Shown here piece by piece: positions 1 to 14,600 of a DNA stretch of 64,000 nt; within the stretch, counting starts at the first letter, position 1; every line of letters begins with the position of its first letter. Made by a program: the position numbers and the translations under genes. The notes under the pieces are model-generated. The model saw nothing but the letters and a program-made list of their open reading frames with translations, had not been told where the DNA came from and searched no databases. The DNA comes from Paragordius varius (Eukaryota > Animalia > Nematomorpha), in assembly GCA_964247055.1 (NCBI GenBank), contig OZ176050.1:10416001-10480000 (forward strand), read 5' to 3'.

Positions 1-27
1 TTCCTACAATTGTTTATATGTAATTAC

Positions 28-1506
28 CATTTTTCGAACCAAAATTTATGCCACTGAATACGCGCCGATACTGAATCCTACCCCCATGCATAGGTAATTT
101 TTGTGCAATGATATCACTAATTTTCTTTTCCTTTTTACTGTTTGGGTGGACATTTATGTTTGTGCTTGATAAAGCTGAATGTACACCAGTTTCATTGACT
201 ATTTTATTTGTGGTTTGTAATGATGTGGGGGTTATAGCGGCTAAACCGATTCCCGAAACAACGCGTTTAAAAGGTTTAGCAATAAGCACATTAAGTAGTA
301 ATTCCGATCGATTTTTCTTACGTTCTAGTACATTCGAATATAATAATTATGAGATTAATTAAGGTATACATTAAAATACGTGCAGTCCGGGTTTGAGTAC
401 ACAAAGGCGTCTGAGCGAGTTTTTTATGTCAATGAAAAAAATATATGTATAATCTGAAAAAAACATATTTTACTCATCAAGGAGCATATTTAAAAGGGCG
501 AGTCAAAAATATATCCTACCTCATAATTCATAAAATATGGAATCAATCATATTTAAAGGTTCGTGGAAAACTTTTTGAGAGACTATATAATTGTTTCTAA
601 TAACGCCCATTTACAAATAAGTAAAAACAAGTAATTATACAGACAAAACGTTAAAATATAAAGACAATTTTTTTTAAAAAAGACAACCATACTTTTCTAT
701 ATTTATACCAATATAAATCATTTTTTAAATAAAAAATTGTGAAATAGAGTTACGCAATACTAATACAGTCAATTCTATATTTTGTAATTGTAACTAAATA
801 GCTTATACGAGAAAAATTAAGGTTTTGGAAAGTATGTGGTTGTCATTTGAAAAAAAATATATTTGTCTTTATATTTTTACGTTTTGTTCGTATAATTTCA
901 ATTTTTACTGTAATTAAGTAAAAACAAGTAAGTAATTAACCTTCCCCAGCCAAATCATCGAATTCATCTTCGCCCGAATCAAACATGTATTCATCGTCGT
1001 CGTCGCCATCAACGTTGTCATCTCCATCCTCGTCCGTTATGATTTCAGCATCGCTCGCAAATTGTTCAGAATCGGGTTCATCACTTTCACTCTGGCGAGA
1101 GCCAACAAGCCTCCCTCCATTAAAATGGTTTGGGCCACGCATTTTAGCCAACATTATGTCTCCACATTCACTGTTAGAGAAAAGAGGATTGTTTAAAGCT
1201 CGACTCTGTATACCCGTCTGAGAATTAACAGGAGATATTTCAACATCATTATCATCGTCACCTTCTACGATACCTTGAAAGGTTACAGGTTGATCCCCAT
1301 CTATATTGTATGAAAATTAGACGGTGTTAACAATTGATTTATAAGGTATTAGTGGATAATAAAATTTGTTATTGATAATTTGTAAAAATATTTAATTTGT
1401 AATGACAATAAAAATTAACGAAACATTAAAAGTTATTAAAAATAACTGAATGACAGTTACTGTTTTAACTAATCAACTTTTAGTGTATGACAAAAACTGT
1501 AAATTA

Positions 1507-1548
<42 letters not shown>

Positions 1549-4500
1549 GTCAAACTTAGACATTGATGCTTTTTTATAACAACAGGCGATCATTTAAGCA
1601 ATATTGACTGTTTCTTTTTTACCTATTGTTTTATTCGTCTGCCAAAAATACTTTTACATATTAGAATTTATTATCTATGAGATATTCGATTCTCACAATT
1701 TAATTTAATTTTTGGGAGTGTTTTTAATTTGCATTCAGGTAAATTATTAAATTCATATATTTAGATTAATCATTATGTATTGACTAAAAATAGTTGACAA
1801 AATTAAAATATGACTTTTTTGGAAACTTTTTATCCCATGTACCGAATAATATTTTATCACAAAAAAATTTTATATTTCAAATAAAAGTTAATTTAAACTT
1901 TACAGTTTCTCTAATCAAATATGAAGCTTTTATGTTTAATTCGCCCAATCTTACAAAAACTATAATTAAAGTTTTGATTTAAGAAAACTTTAGTTCACAA
2001 CAAAAATGCTTAAATAATTGAACATGAAAAGATAATCTTGTCGTTTATTAAACCTTTTTCTGGTGATATTCTTGGAGTCGTTACAGTAGATACCTTGAAA
2101 GATTTCGTTCGCTGTTCTTCGAGTTCCCGATTTTGTTGGTGAACGGCTGCCCGATACGAATATTTTCCAATGTGGTATTGGTTTGTGTAAAAGGAATAAT
2201 CAAGACCATCTTTTAAACGTAATATCCCGACACCAAACCGCATATCAAATGCATCGCTAAAATTGATTGTCAATTAAAAATTATTTATAATTTCAAACGT
2301 TTTATGGAATATGTTTATTTGATATAAAACTAGGTGTGTGTATGTACCCCCCATCTTGAAAAAGATTAATAGTAAAAGGCAAAAAGGAATAATTAATTTA
2401 AAAATCTAAAAAAACCTAAGGCATTACATTGCGGATAGGACTTTATTAGGATTTTTTACCTTAAAATTAAATTATATTTTGGTTTAAATGCTGCGAATAT
2501 CGGGTCATTTAATTATCTTTATTCAAACACAGTTAAATATGTCCCAATATATAATAAAATTTTAATTAAATTAAGATATTAATTCAAACAATATAAAATC
2601 TCAATATAATTGTATTTTTCTTTTTTAGTATCCCAAAACTTGATTGATATAATATATTATATAAAACATAATTATTCTAATTACTGTATAATCATAAAGT
2701 ATTGATCTAATGCTTCAACGGTGTCACTCTCCCAATTATTTTTGTAACCGATCATAAGAATATTGGGTCTTAAGCGACCTAAACCGGACAGCTATAAATA
2801 TTATAATTAATATAAAAAATAACCGCGAAATTTCTTTAAAAATAATTTGTGAATAATATAATATTAAAATGGCTTTTTTTATTCCAATATACCTGCAGTA
2901 AAGATTTGACTCCTGCCCTAAAGTTGGAAGAAACGACAGGATTGTAAATTGCTTTAACTTTTCTGTGCTTGAAATACGAATAAACCCGAGAAGCATTAAC
3001 TTCAAAATACAAATCGTTTGATTGTCCCTAAAAGAGTTAAATTGATAGAAAAATATCAAAATATTAATAATAAAATTTTAATATGATCGGGATATAATTA
3101 AAATTGAATTAATTATATAAAATTTTATTCGTAATACTGATCCTTTAATATAACATAAGTTATGATAAAAATAAGAAATAAAATTATAACTATATACTAT
3201 AATAACTTGTCCGCATATAAGCAAACTGATATTTTTGGTGAAATTGTTGACAAAGTCAAGAAATGCAGGACGTGATTTTGGATCTCCCGTTAGGGCTAAA
3301 ATTTGTGGTCTGTAAATAATAAAATATATAGATTTTTGTTTTTATTATGGAAATAAATAATGTGTTACCTAAAATTTTTAACATGTTCCTCGATTGTGTT
3401 CAATTTTAACACTGAAGTCAAAGCATTTTTGTAGGAATGAGCTTGTGTGGATGATCCCCAATTGACATCTGCAAAAAAATTTATCTATGTATATTAAATT
3501 TTTTAATTTATTCACATTGTAAAAACTTATCGATTCTAACATTAAGTCAGGTTTGTTATACGCATAAAAATATTGTGACTATATTGGACATGTAAAGTAT
3601 TAATTTATCAATGTTTCACTAAATCCATACTATAAATAAAACACAATTGATTTTTCCAAAGATAATTTCATTATTAAATTTAAGCAAAAACGAGTTTGGA
3701 TAAATTAGTTAGATGAATTGGTTGTTTAATTTTATTAAGCAATTCACATATTTTTATAACTTGATCATAGTTATTGTATTATATGCACAATTTTTTAATT
3801 AGGAGATTTAAAGAAATAATTTTATAGTAATACATTTCTGGTCAATTATTTATAAACGTCATTTATTATAAGATAATGATTTATATATATATATGAAATT
3901 ATTATATATAATTACCAGGTTTTTTATACCGCACATAGGCGTAAAATGATATGACAAAGAAAAAGGTTAGAAATGCAGCCCACCATTGTATAAGAAACAT
4001 AGTAGCAAGGCATAATCCACTTCCAAACAAACTGACCCATTTGTTAAAATATTTAAAGCTTGGTCGAAATCCTATACGATTATATGGACATATTAAACAC
4101 ATTTTGATAAAATATATTTTAGATTAAAAGTTTACTTACCAATTGATTTTGAGATAGAAGCATCAAAACAGGAATAATTGATCAGGGCATATGCCATAAG
4201 AAAAAAATTTGATATGATGGGCGCAATGATATTTAGTTCAGCTATAGAAACAAAATTATTTATTTTCAACTAAAAAACTTTTTTAAAATTACAGCTAATT
4301 TAATGCATATTTAACGTTTAAACCTTTTTAATATTTATTCTAACTAAGTTTTAGTGCAAATATAAAAGATGTTCTTTTCATATATTCTATAAATATATAA
4401 AAATTGTGAATACATGTGTGTATACGATAATTTAATATATTTATAAGATTGTAAAAGTGACCAGCATTAAAATAATAAATAAAATCAAAATTACCGACAA

Positions 4501-7500
4501 GAATAAAAAGTACAGCTATTGTAAATGCCAATATATAGGCCCTGTAGGGTTCATCGTTTCTTTTGCTTCCAACGCCAAAATAACGGATGCCTGGGAACAA
4601 ATTATCACGACACAAGGCCTACAAAGTAAAAGAAAAGGGAGATGAAATTTTATAAATTGTCAAAATTTATATATATGAATTTATATGTAATTATACGATA
4701 AAATAACTATGATATTAATGAGGATTTGAGAAGATAAGGCATAATATATGAGAATTTTTTTTATTAAAAAAGGCAATTAAAAACTAAAGTCTGTCATCTT
4801 TATAAAGTTAACCATATAAAAGTTTTTGATTAGGATTGTTTAGTATGGTATAAAAAAGCAATATATTTAATCACTTATTTTATCAACCTAAAGTGTATTG
4901 GATATAGAAAACTTTAAAAATATGAAAATGTGAATTACCCTAAAATAGAAATTATCAAACCTGATTTATGCTATATGTTTTTACATATCTTATCATTCCA
5001 TAGTAAATAAGATTATATAAGTAAACATCTACCTGGAATACTTTGGGTGCTCCTACCAAACTAGCTAGTGCGGAAGAAAGAGTGGCAGAAAATATACCCA
5101 CGATAGTTATTGGGCTATACAATGATATCATGTCGACAATCTATCAAATTAATAATCATAGTTTTAAAAAGCATTTGTATTATAATAAAGTCATGCATAC
5201 AGTTTATTTTCAATAGCAATTCTTATATATATTAACCAATTATCTATCTTAAATAGGTCCAAATAAATTTCCATCATTAAATATATTAATAATAATACTT
5301 GGTAATCATTTAGTAAACCGTATGAGCACTTATATATGGGTTGTTGGTGTTGTTTGGCAATAGAATGTATTGTGGCTGTTGTTTGGATCGAAATATTAGA
5401 ATTTAATTTATGATTATTTATAAAGTTTGTGTAACAATGTTGTGTGATAGGATTTTCTCCTTTTTCATGTACAATCGCTTTTTGTAAAAGTAAAGATGTA
5501 GGCCATATCTTATGGCTCAAGGCATTCATTGTATCATTAGTGCCGAATGGTTTAAGGTCCCTAATTAATTGGTTAGCATATGCGATAAAGCGATTAGTTG
5601 ACTGTAACGTGGATGAATCTGGTAACACGCCAGAATTAATTGATTGATCTATTTAAATTATTAATAAATATAAAAATGTGACAAATACTGTAAGCCTAAA
5701 CTCTAAACAACACATTTTTCTAATCAAATGTACCCATATCATCAAAGTTACAAACAAATAATTATCCTTGTGATCTTCCCCCCCCCGCGCCTCCAAAAAA
5801 ATTTTCTTATTTTTATCAAAATGACTAATAAAAAATTAAAAATATTGAATCATATATTTTTGGGATATGAATTATACAAATATAGGATTGATAAAACTTT
5901 GTAGGTTATCTCAATTATTTTTGCTTCAGGATCAGATCCATCAAATTTTAAAATTGATCAAATAAATAAACTGTAATTATTTTAACTTTTTAGTTTAATC
6001 AGAATTTACTTAAAAGCTTTTTTTGGGCGAGATCTAAGTTTCAACAATTTGCTTATTTCACTATCAAAAACATATTGAAAGTTACCATATTTGAAAAATA
6101 TAATTTACTTATTGATTTGTAATTTGTTAGAAAAAGATCCGAAACGTTTCCGGATGCTTCGCGTAATACAGAAAAGCCCAAAACCCATATAAGAACTAAA
6201 TAAACTGAGGTGGTTATTAGGATAGCTAGAAATGTGCCTTTTGGTATAGCTTTTTGTGCATTCTAAATGATATTTTATAGTTGGATATAATTACACTAGA
6301 CAACAAATTTTAACTTTTTTTAACTGCCATTCTTGTAAATTTAAAATTTATTTCATTAAAGTACATAATTAGTATACCTGAAAAGAAAATTGGTCTAGAA
6401 TGGAAGAATTTTTTTATATTAGAGTTTATCGATAATTTTTGGCCCCGATTTAACATTAAACTCGAAATTTCGAAAATTTAAAGTTTTAGATATGAAGCCA
6501 TGTATTTTATATCATTCGAAAGAGCGCAAAAAACTGAATCTTTTAAATGGTAGTAAGTCATTTAAATCAATCGAATGTAAAAGTTATTGGGTTTAAATGT
6601 CGAAATTTTCAATCCTTAAATAAGTCAAGAATTTTTACAGACAAACTAATTTGAAAATCATATAAATTATTTTAATATAATTATTAGGGTTATATTAGTA
6701 TTTAATTTAAAAAAATGTTTGAAAAAGCTTTTGGTTTGCTTTTTAAATAAAAATTATTATTATCATAAATATTTTACCTCGTGGATACTAAAATGCATTA
6801 TTATAACTGTAAATTTATTACATAATGGCTATAAAAGATCAAAAATACCTTAAACTTTGTTTTTATCTTTAAAATTTCGAAATTATCAGCCTTGTGAAGA
6901 AAATAAATTAATATTGATGAGATGGTAATTTTTAAAAAACAAAAAACTTAAAAATGGCTGTTTTGAGTGACATAAAAGCAATAAAAAATGTTTTAATCAA
7001 AAAAAACTTTCTTGTGTTATCTTTTTTGGACATTCATCTCCATTTAACCAAAGTTTGAGCTATTTTCATCCATTAATTTTAAAAATATAATAATTAAAAA
7101 AAATGCTCTCGCTTCGCGCGTTTGTCGCTCTTTGTGTCCAATATTAACTGTCGATGTAATACATATTAGTATGCATTTTATAGTGTTTTTAATACTCTTT
7201 CGAATGATATATTACAAATGGGCATTACTTGTATATTTTCAACGAAAAACATTTTTTAGTAAAATTTTGATAAAGAGGGCGCATAATCAAAAAAATCAAA
7301 TTATACAAAATTCTTTCAGCGAGTTATAATTTTTATTTCAGATTTACTGTTAGAATGATACTAAACATCAGATAATGCAAAAAACTCGAGTGGCAGAAAA
7401 ATTTGTTGTCTAGTGTTATATAAAAGCGACTAAAAAAATTTTTTAAATAATACCTTTAAATCACCCGATATATTTGCTCCGGCTAGTATACCAGTGGCAG

Positions 7501-10500
7501 CTGGGAAAAAGATGGAAAATACCGAAAAGAAATTTTCATTTACCGTAAATGCAGGGGCAAAATTTTGGTTGAATAATGCAACTAAATGATAACATAAAAA
7601 CTATTAAATATATGTATTGTAAAAATGGAAATAACATTGTTACCCGGAGAATTCTCGAAAAGTTTATAAAAAATTTTTTATCTAAAAACATCAAAATTAT
7701 GATGTTTAGCGTCCCAGAATGTCAAAATCCCTAGATAAAGTATAAAAACGCAAATTCCGCGCATTTATGACTCCAAATGATTCATATTTTATATATTTAT
7801 AATCAGGTAGAAAAATTGTTTCATAATTTTTAGATATTTTTTGAACAACTTTCAATAATTGCAACGGAACTTGAAATACACCTTTAAAAATGTTGCTAAT
7901 ATTATATAAAATCAATTAAGCATTTTTGGAATATTTTGAGGATAAAAGTTTATTTTAACAAATGATTTTAGTGAAGTATGGCATAATCTTCAGTGGCTAA
8001 GTCCCAGAACGGAATTCTGATACTTTTTACTCTATAAATGCTTTTAAAATTTCCATGATACTGAAACAAAATTCGTGACAAAATGTGCTTAATATATGTC
8101 AACCTTTGTAACCGAAAAATCCTTTGACTTTTTGTTCATTTTTTGGTGGGAGAAACGATCCTATCATAAAGTTAAGGATGGCAATGATAAGTAGAAATAA
8201 CAATGCAATTTGTGCCTAATATAAAATAAATATTATAAATATATATATTACAGCAAGGTTAGTAGGCATAAAATTATTTAAATATAATATTTTATATTTT
8301 ATAATTATTAGTAGCCATTGATAGTAGCAAAGCATTCGAAAACATTGGCGAGTTTTAATTTAATAAACTATATGAGAAATATTATATTTACAAAAATCTT
8401 TTCTCGTATGAAACTATTTGAAAATTAATTATTTGAAAATTTAAATTAAAACCTTAGCTTCCCATTCCATCCCTGCAAGAGAAATTCCAAGCAGAACTAT
8501 AGCCGTTCCACAACCTATGATGCGAATCCAATTTGTTTCTGAAATGCCAAAGGTACCACTATATTTCTATGATCAAAATTTAATTTCTTTTTGAGATTAA
8601 TTTATAAAATAAAAAATATAAGTATATTAACAATTTATCTGCATAGTTAAATTGAACTTAACTAATAAATGGATATGAAATAAATAGATTTGCATATAAT
8701 AGTAATAAAGATCCGTGGTTAACTAAATTTAATAAAAAGGTTAATAATTAACCTTTTGTTAATAGTAATTTTCTGCGGTACAACAAAATTATTTGGCTTA
8801 TTAAATTTATAAAAATAACTAATTAGCATATTGGTATAATTTTAGTTGCTAATAACATAATAACTTAAATTAAAGCTAAATTATCTTGAATGATAATGTA
8901 ATTATTAATAAGATTAAAATCTAATACGTTCATAAGATCCAAAACGGTTTCTGCGAAACCCACAATGTACATGGAGACTGCTACAGCATTGGCTAACGAA
9001 AATATAATTCCAATGGCCCCTCCAAACTCAGGGCCCAAACTTCGTGAGATCATGTAATAAGCCCCACCTATATATGGTAAAAATAGATAAATAATTTTAA
9101 TATGCTTAACATTTTATATAATAATTATAATTATGTAAAGTTGATAAATTGATGATAGGCATAGTATAAAGTATATTTTTAGCAGATGGCTTTATAAACT
9201 ACACATATTTTTATAAATTTTATCAAACTTATCAAGTTATAAGTAATCTTGAAAAAAGGAATTCAAATTGATTAAATGACTTAATATTGATTGGGGTGCA
9301 CAAATGAATGTTGTCAAATATAACAACTAAAAATGACCAAGTAATATATCAATTTATAACAGTTTTCAAAATTTAAGGTCAAATCAAACATAAAATGAAA
9401 CAGGTAAGAAATTTTGCAAGGAAAAAAAGGAAATACTTTTATTCAAAAAAGGTGATTTAAATGAATGAAATATTTATATCATAAAAATAAGTCAAAAATC
9501 TTTTATGACTATTCATACTACGAAAACGATTTGTCATTTGAAACATGCAAAACAATGTTTATAATATATATGAATAAATATACATAAATTCATGTTGTTA
9601 AATAAAATTTGCATTTTTAATGTGCCAAATAAAGTAAATATGCACTTTTACATGTCATAATATCACTCTCACTCTCTAAAAGGTTACTATAGAAAGAATA
9701 AAAGATCAAATCTTATTTTTGGACATAAAACTTTAACAATAATATAATAATAACAACATTTTAGTAGTAAAATAGGAGACATAAGGAAGATTAATGTGCT
9801 TACTGCGCTGGCATATAGATCTTTATAACAACACAAAAAAAACGAATCTTGTTTAAAAAAATGGCCTCCTTTATTTAATTTAATTTAAATGTGCTATAAC
9901 TACCTTAATATAAAAAGTATTTTAAACTTCTACTCTTGTATATTGTAAAATTAAAATTACGGTTACCAAAAAAATTACAAGTTAATCAGAAATCGATACT
10001 GGTCAATTATTGAAGTTAAAATTTTCACGTTTTCACATATACATATCATAGGATATATAAATGGTATTAAGAAGTGATAAATTAGTGTCAAGCAATTAAC
10101 CTTCAAACTGTAATGTGTTAATTACACGCTATTATAAGAAGACAAATTTGTTTCACGTTTCATTCAATATTACCAATTTAACATATGTGTTCATATACAT
10201 CTTTTGACTTTTAGAAAATACGCGAAAATTCACTAAATAAATTTTAAACGTCTTTTTACAGAGTATATATAAGGCAATCAAAAAATTCTAAAAATATTTT
10301 TTTAAAAAGTCAAAAATAAAATATGTACCTCCTTTGACATCTCCATTAGTGCATATAGCCGACATGGACATCGATGTTATTGTGGTCACAACGACTGATA
10401 ATAAAACTATCACAGTTGCCAGACCTAATTAAATAATTTAAATTAATTTTCACAGCAAGATATTATTTCGAATTATCTCTATTTTTCATTTTGTTAATAA

Positions 10501-11556
10501 AATTAAATCTATATGATTGCGTCCGAAAAAAAATTAAAGTATAAAGAAGGGCCAAAATTTGATAAATTAATTAATTAATTACTGATCCCGGCTTGTCCAA
10601 CAACCCACGAGAGTCGCAAAAAAAGCATGACACCCCAAATGTTTAACATACATCTAACCTAACAAATTATAACATGAAATTAGTTTCAAATCAATTTGAT
10701 TGAGAATTTTAATTTTTGCAGGAGAGTTAACATGCAATAATTATATTATTATTTAAGATTTGTTTAAATTTGATTAAGCTACAACATCCGTAAAAAGGTT
10801 AAAAAATCCTAAATAGCATTTTAATTTAAGCGCCAAAAATTTAATGCGAAATTGTTTCTGAGAAAAAAAACTTATTCTTCATTTCATGAAAATTTAATTA
10901 ACATTATCAAGCTCACTACCTCTTAGCTGTAAAAAAGTGAATAAATTAAAATTATTTAATATAATATATCCAAATAATTGATATTTAAAGAGGAAAACAA
11001 AAGGTGATTTAAATATAAAAGCTACTGAATTTTATGCCTTAGGGTTTTACAAATTTTTATTATTAGAAAATATTATTAGAAAATAGATAATTTTTATATA
11101 AGACAAAAGCGAAGTTATATATATATATATATATATACTTTTAAAAGTTTTACTTATCGTACAAAAAATAAATATAACATTTTAAGTAACATTTAATCAA
11201 TCATTATAGCATAATATATGGTGATCATTGTTAGCCTACCATTGCAATTATCGAGCAATTGGTCGCTTTATGAAACGAGACAATTTTGAGGTTTACCACG
11301 TGTGTTATTAAATACAAAGATGGCGTTTTCCGCCTTGCAAATTTTAATTTAAGACTCATTATTTGTTATTTATTATAATCTGTCATGTTGACATATAATA
11401 AGATAACACATGTAATAAATCTTTGAAATAGCAAAACATCAATATGCATTGTGTCACTGAAGCGGTCCAATTTTTAATTTTGATATGAAAAAAAATAAAA
11501 AAAACGGAAATTATAACGATTAAGAAATAATTATCATTCTAAGTATTAAAATATGT

Positions 11557-11632
<76 letters not shown>

Positions 11633-14600
11633 TATAATTTATAATATAATATTAAATATGCCACACAATGTCGTTTAACATTGAAATTAATTTTAAGTTT
11701 TTTGTAACAGCGAATGTAGGGTAACGTTTTTAAATGGCCAAATCACACATAATCGGTATGACACTGCTTACGAATACTAGGTCAGTTTAGACCATAATTG
11801 GAAATATGTTGTAACGCAATCAAAACAAGATTAATTAATCAATTTCTTTTCAATATAAGGAGGTTATCAAAATCCTTGATGATTGATAAATGCATAAAAA
11901 ATTGGAAATTTTTAAAATTCAATTACTTTTTGACATTATTGATACCATATTCTATTATAAAAATAATAGGGTTAAAAAAAAGACCAATTGTTTTAGTGAG
12001 CGTTTACAGTCATGAATGCAAAAAGGTCAATTAGGTAAAATTTTATTAATCAACGTGTTTCTAAAAAAAAGGTCGACACCTTTTCTATTTGTCTCTAAAA
12101 AATCTCGTTTAGGTTTTATAATAAATTTTATGACTAATGTTTAATCAAATATATATATACATAATTTTTAGCACAAAAATTATAAATACATAAATTCATG
12201 TTTAAATAATGAGTTTAAAAAATTAATAATTTCAAAAATTGTATTAATTTATTGAACATATCAAATCTATTTTCTACCTTTTTTGTTTATAATATAGCTT
12301 AGCTATGTAAATGAGTCAAAGCAAATAATATCTAATCTCGTATACACAAGGTGGGATATAAGCCCTTCCGGTTTATATTTTATGAGTAAACATTTTATAA
12401 TTTTATCGGTTAATAAAAATAAATTTACATCTAACCCATTAAAAATTTAATGATGAGTATCCTTAAAAAAATGTGTAATTATTTGAATAGATTTTGCATA
12501 AATTTATATTACCTAATATGTTAAACAAAACATTATTTTAGGAAGTAAGTTTTAAATAATAGATAATAAATGTTATTAACTTTAAACATAAATTTAATAT
12601 AAGATAAAAAAAACATTTGGCTTTAGGTGTCTAGGCCTGATAAAAATGTCTCCGCTATGCTCAAGAAAATAATTAAACTAACACTTATATGAAAAGTTTT
12701 TTTCGATTTAATTCAAAAACGATAGTTGATCCATCTAAACTTTTTCAATTTGGTTTTGTGTTGAAGTACAGTCATGTATCCCTTATTTTACCAAAAATTA
12801 ATTATTTCGTTAAAATGGGTATAAATATTTGGTAAAGAATGGAAAAAACAAGAGCTCCATGGTATTAACAATATCATATTCATCAAAAAACTCTAAGAAT
12901 TATCATAGAGCTCTTGTTTTTTCCATTCTTTGTCAAATATTTATACCCATTTAACAAATTAAGGATACATGACTGTAATTACAAATAGTCAATAAATTAG
13001 TCAATAGTGAATAGAATAAAATAGATTCGTACCAGGACTCCTTTTATCCAACCAAACTTTGGACCTTGAGATATTCCACGTTCCTTATCGCTCCCTATAC
13101 GTCGTATACCACCGTTTGCAATGAGTTTACCCTTAGCGACGTGTTCCCCATTTTTTCCACCCTTCTTATAGTAATGACCGTACGGTTGACCACCACCATT
13201 TAACCCATTACGTAACGGCTAGCATACATATATATTCCATTTACAATTCAAATTCACCCTCGAACACAATTCGAATTCACCCTTGAACAATTTAAATTCA
13301 CCCTAATTATGTGTTTTTGATCTAACATAACTCATCATTAATATGAAATATATTTTTACAACAAGTATATTATTTTTTCAGCATTATATTAATATAAAAA
13401 TTCATATTTTAAAAATATTAAAAAATAAAGATATTTTTAAATCTTAAAAAACACATAATTTATTTAGGGTGAATTTGAATTGTTCGAAGGTGAATTTGAA
13501 TTGTTCAAGGGTGAATTTGAAATGTAAATGGTATAGATCATGTAAATATTTAACATTAAAAAAGTATTTTTTTGATTAAAATATACTCATACTGACATCA
13601 ACCAACGTTAAATCTCATATTCCGCTATATACAAACTGGTTGGTTATGTGTTATAAAGCAGAAACAAATTATTTTATTTGTGTTTTAGTTTCATCAATAA
13701 TTGATGCATGCATTATTTATAACTTATAAAACTATTGGCACACACAGTCCTAAATAATTCGTGTAAAATTAATGAATATCAGTCCAATTAGAGCAGAACT
13801 TGCTAGATCAACATATAAGAGTTAAAAATAAAAATTAACAATATACAATTATTGATAATGTACCATTTTAAAGATATCTTTAGTCGTTTCGAATTAGCCC
13901 TTAAACTTACATAAAATCAGCCTCACGAATATTTCATGCTCACATTTGAACAATTCAAAGTTAATTTCGAACATTGTTATTTTATTCATAAGCATTTTAT
14001 ATTCCTCTAAAATTAAATATATATGCTTGGGCTTTAACAATTTATATTTAGACAAAAAATTATTTTTAACATTATCGTTTATTTACCCTAGATTGTTTAT
14101 TCAAATTTAATATTCATGTCAATAAAATTTTTTTAATTACATTTTTTTATTAAAATATGACGCTTAAAATAAAAATCACCTATATCTTTGATATAATTAA
14201 TAATGTTTTATTTTTAAAATTTACAAACTTGAAGAAAAATAAAAATATCAAATAGGCTAAATTATTTATAGTCAAAAAATAAATTTATTTCGAAAATAAC
14301 AATAATGAAATGTAATGGAATCGTTAAAATTGAAATTAAAATTATTGAGGGTATAAATGTTCACTAAAAAGAATTATAAGTGTTTACGGGTATTAAATTG
14401 ACATAAAACCAATTATGTTTTGTTAATAAATGAGGCCATATACATATAGGTTTAAAAAGGGTAATGATCAACATCCATGATAAATTTTACAAAATATAAT
14501 TTTATAACCCATTCCAATAATAGTAAAAAACCTATTAGTATATGAAATAATTTTAGTCAACCAACATTATAAAAAAAGCGTCAAATATTTTTGAGATATA

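Noticed and set aside
7706-7915. ORF 7706-7915 as an extra NKCC exon
   Set aside because: Exons 8104-8215 and 7454-7581 already join in phase to give the conserved sequence, and the ORF ends in a stop.
9068-10582. Mutually exclusive duplicates of the 96-nt TM2 exon (as in NKCC2 A/B/F)
   Set aside because: Only one such exon (10329-10424) was found, with no paralogous copy in the flanking introns.
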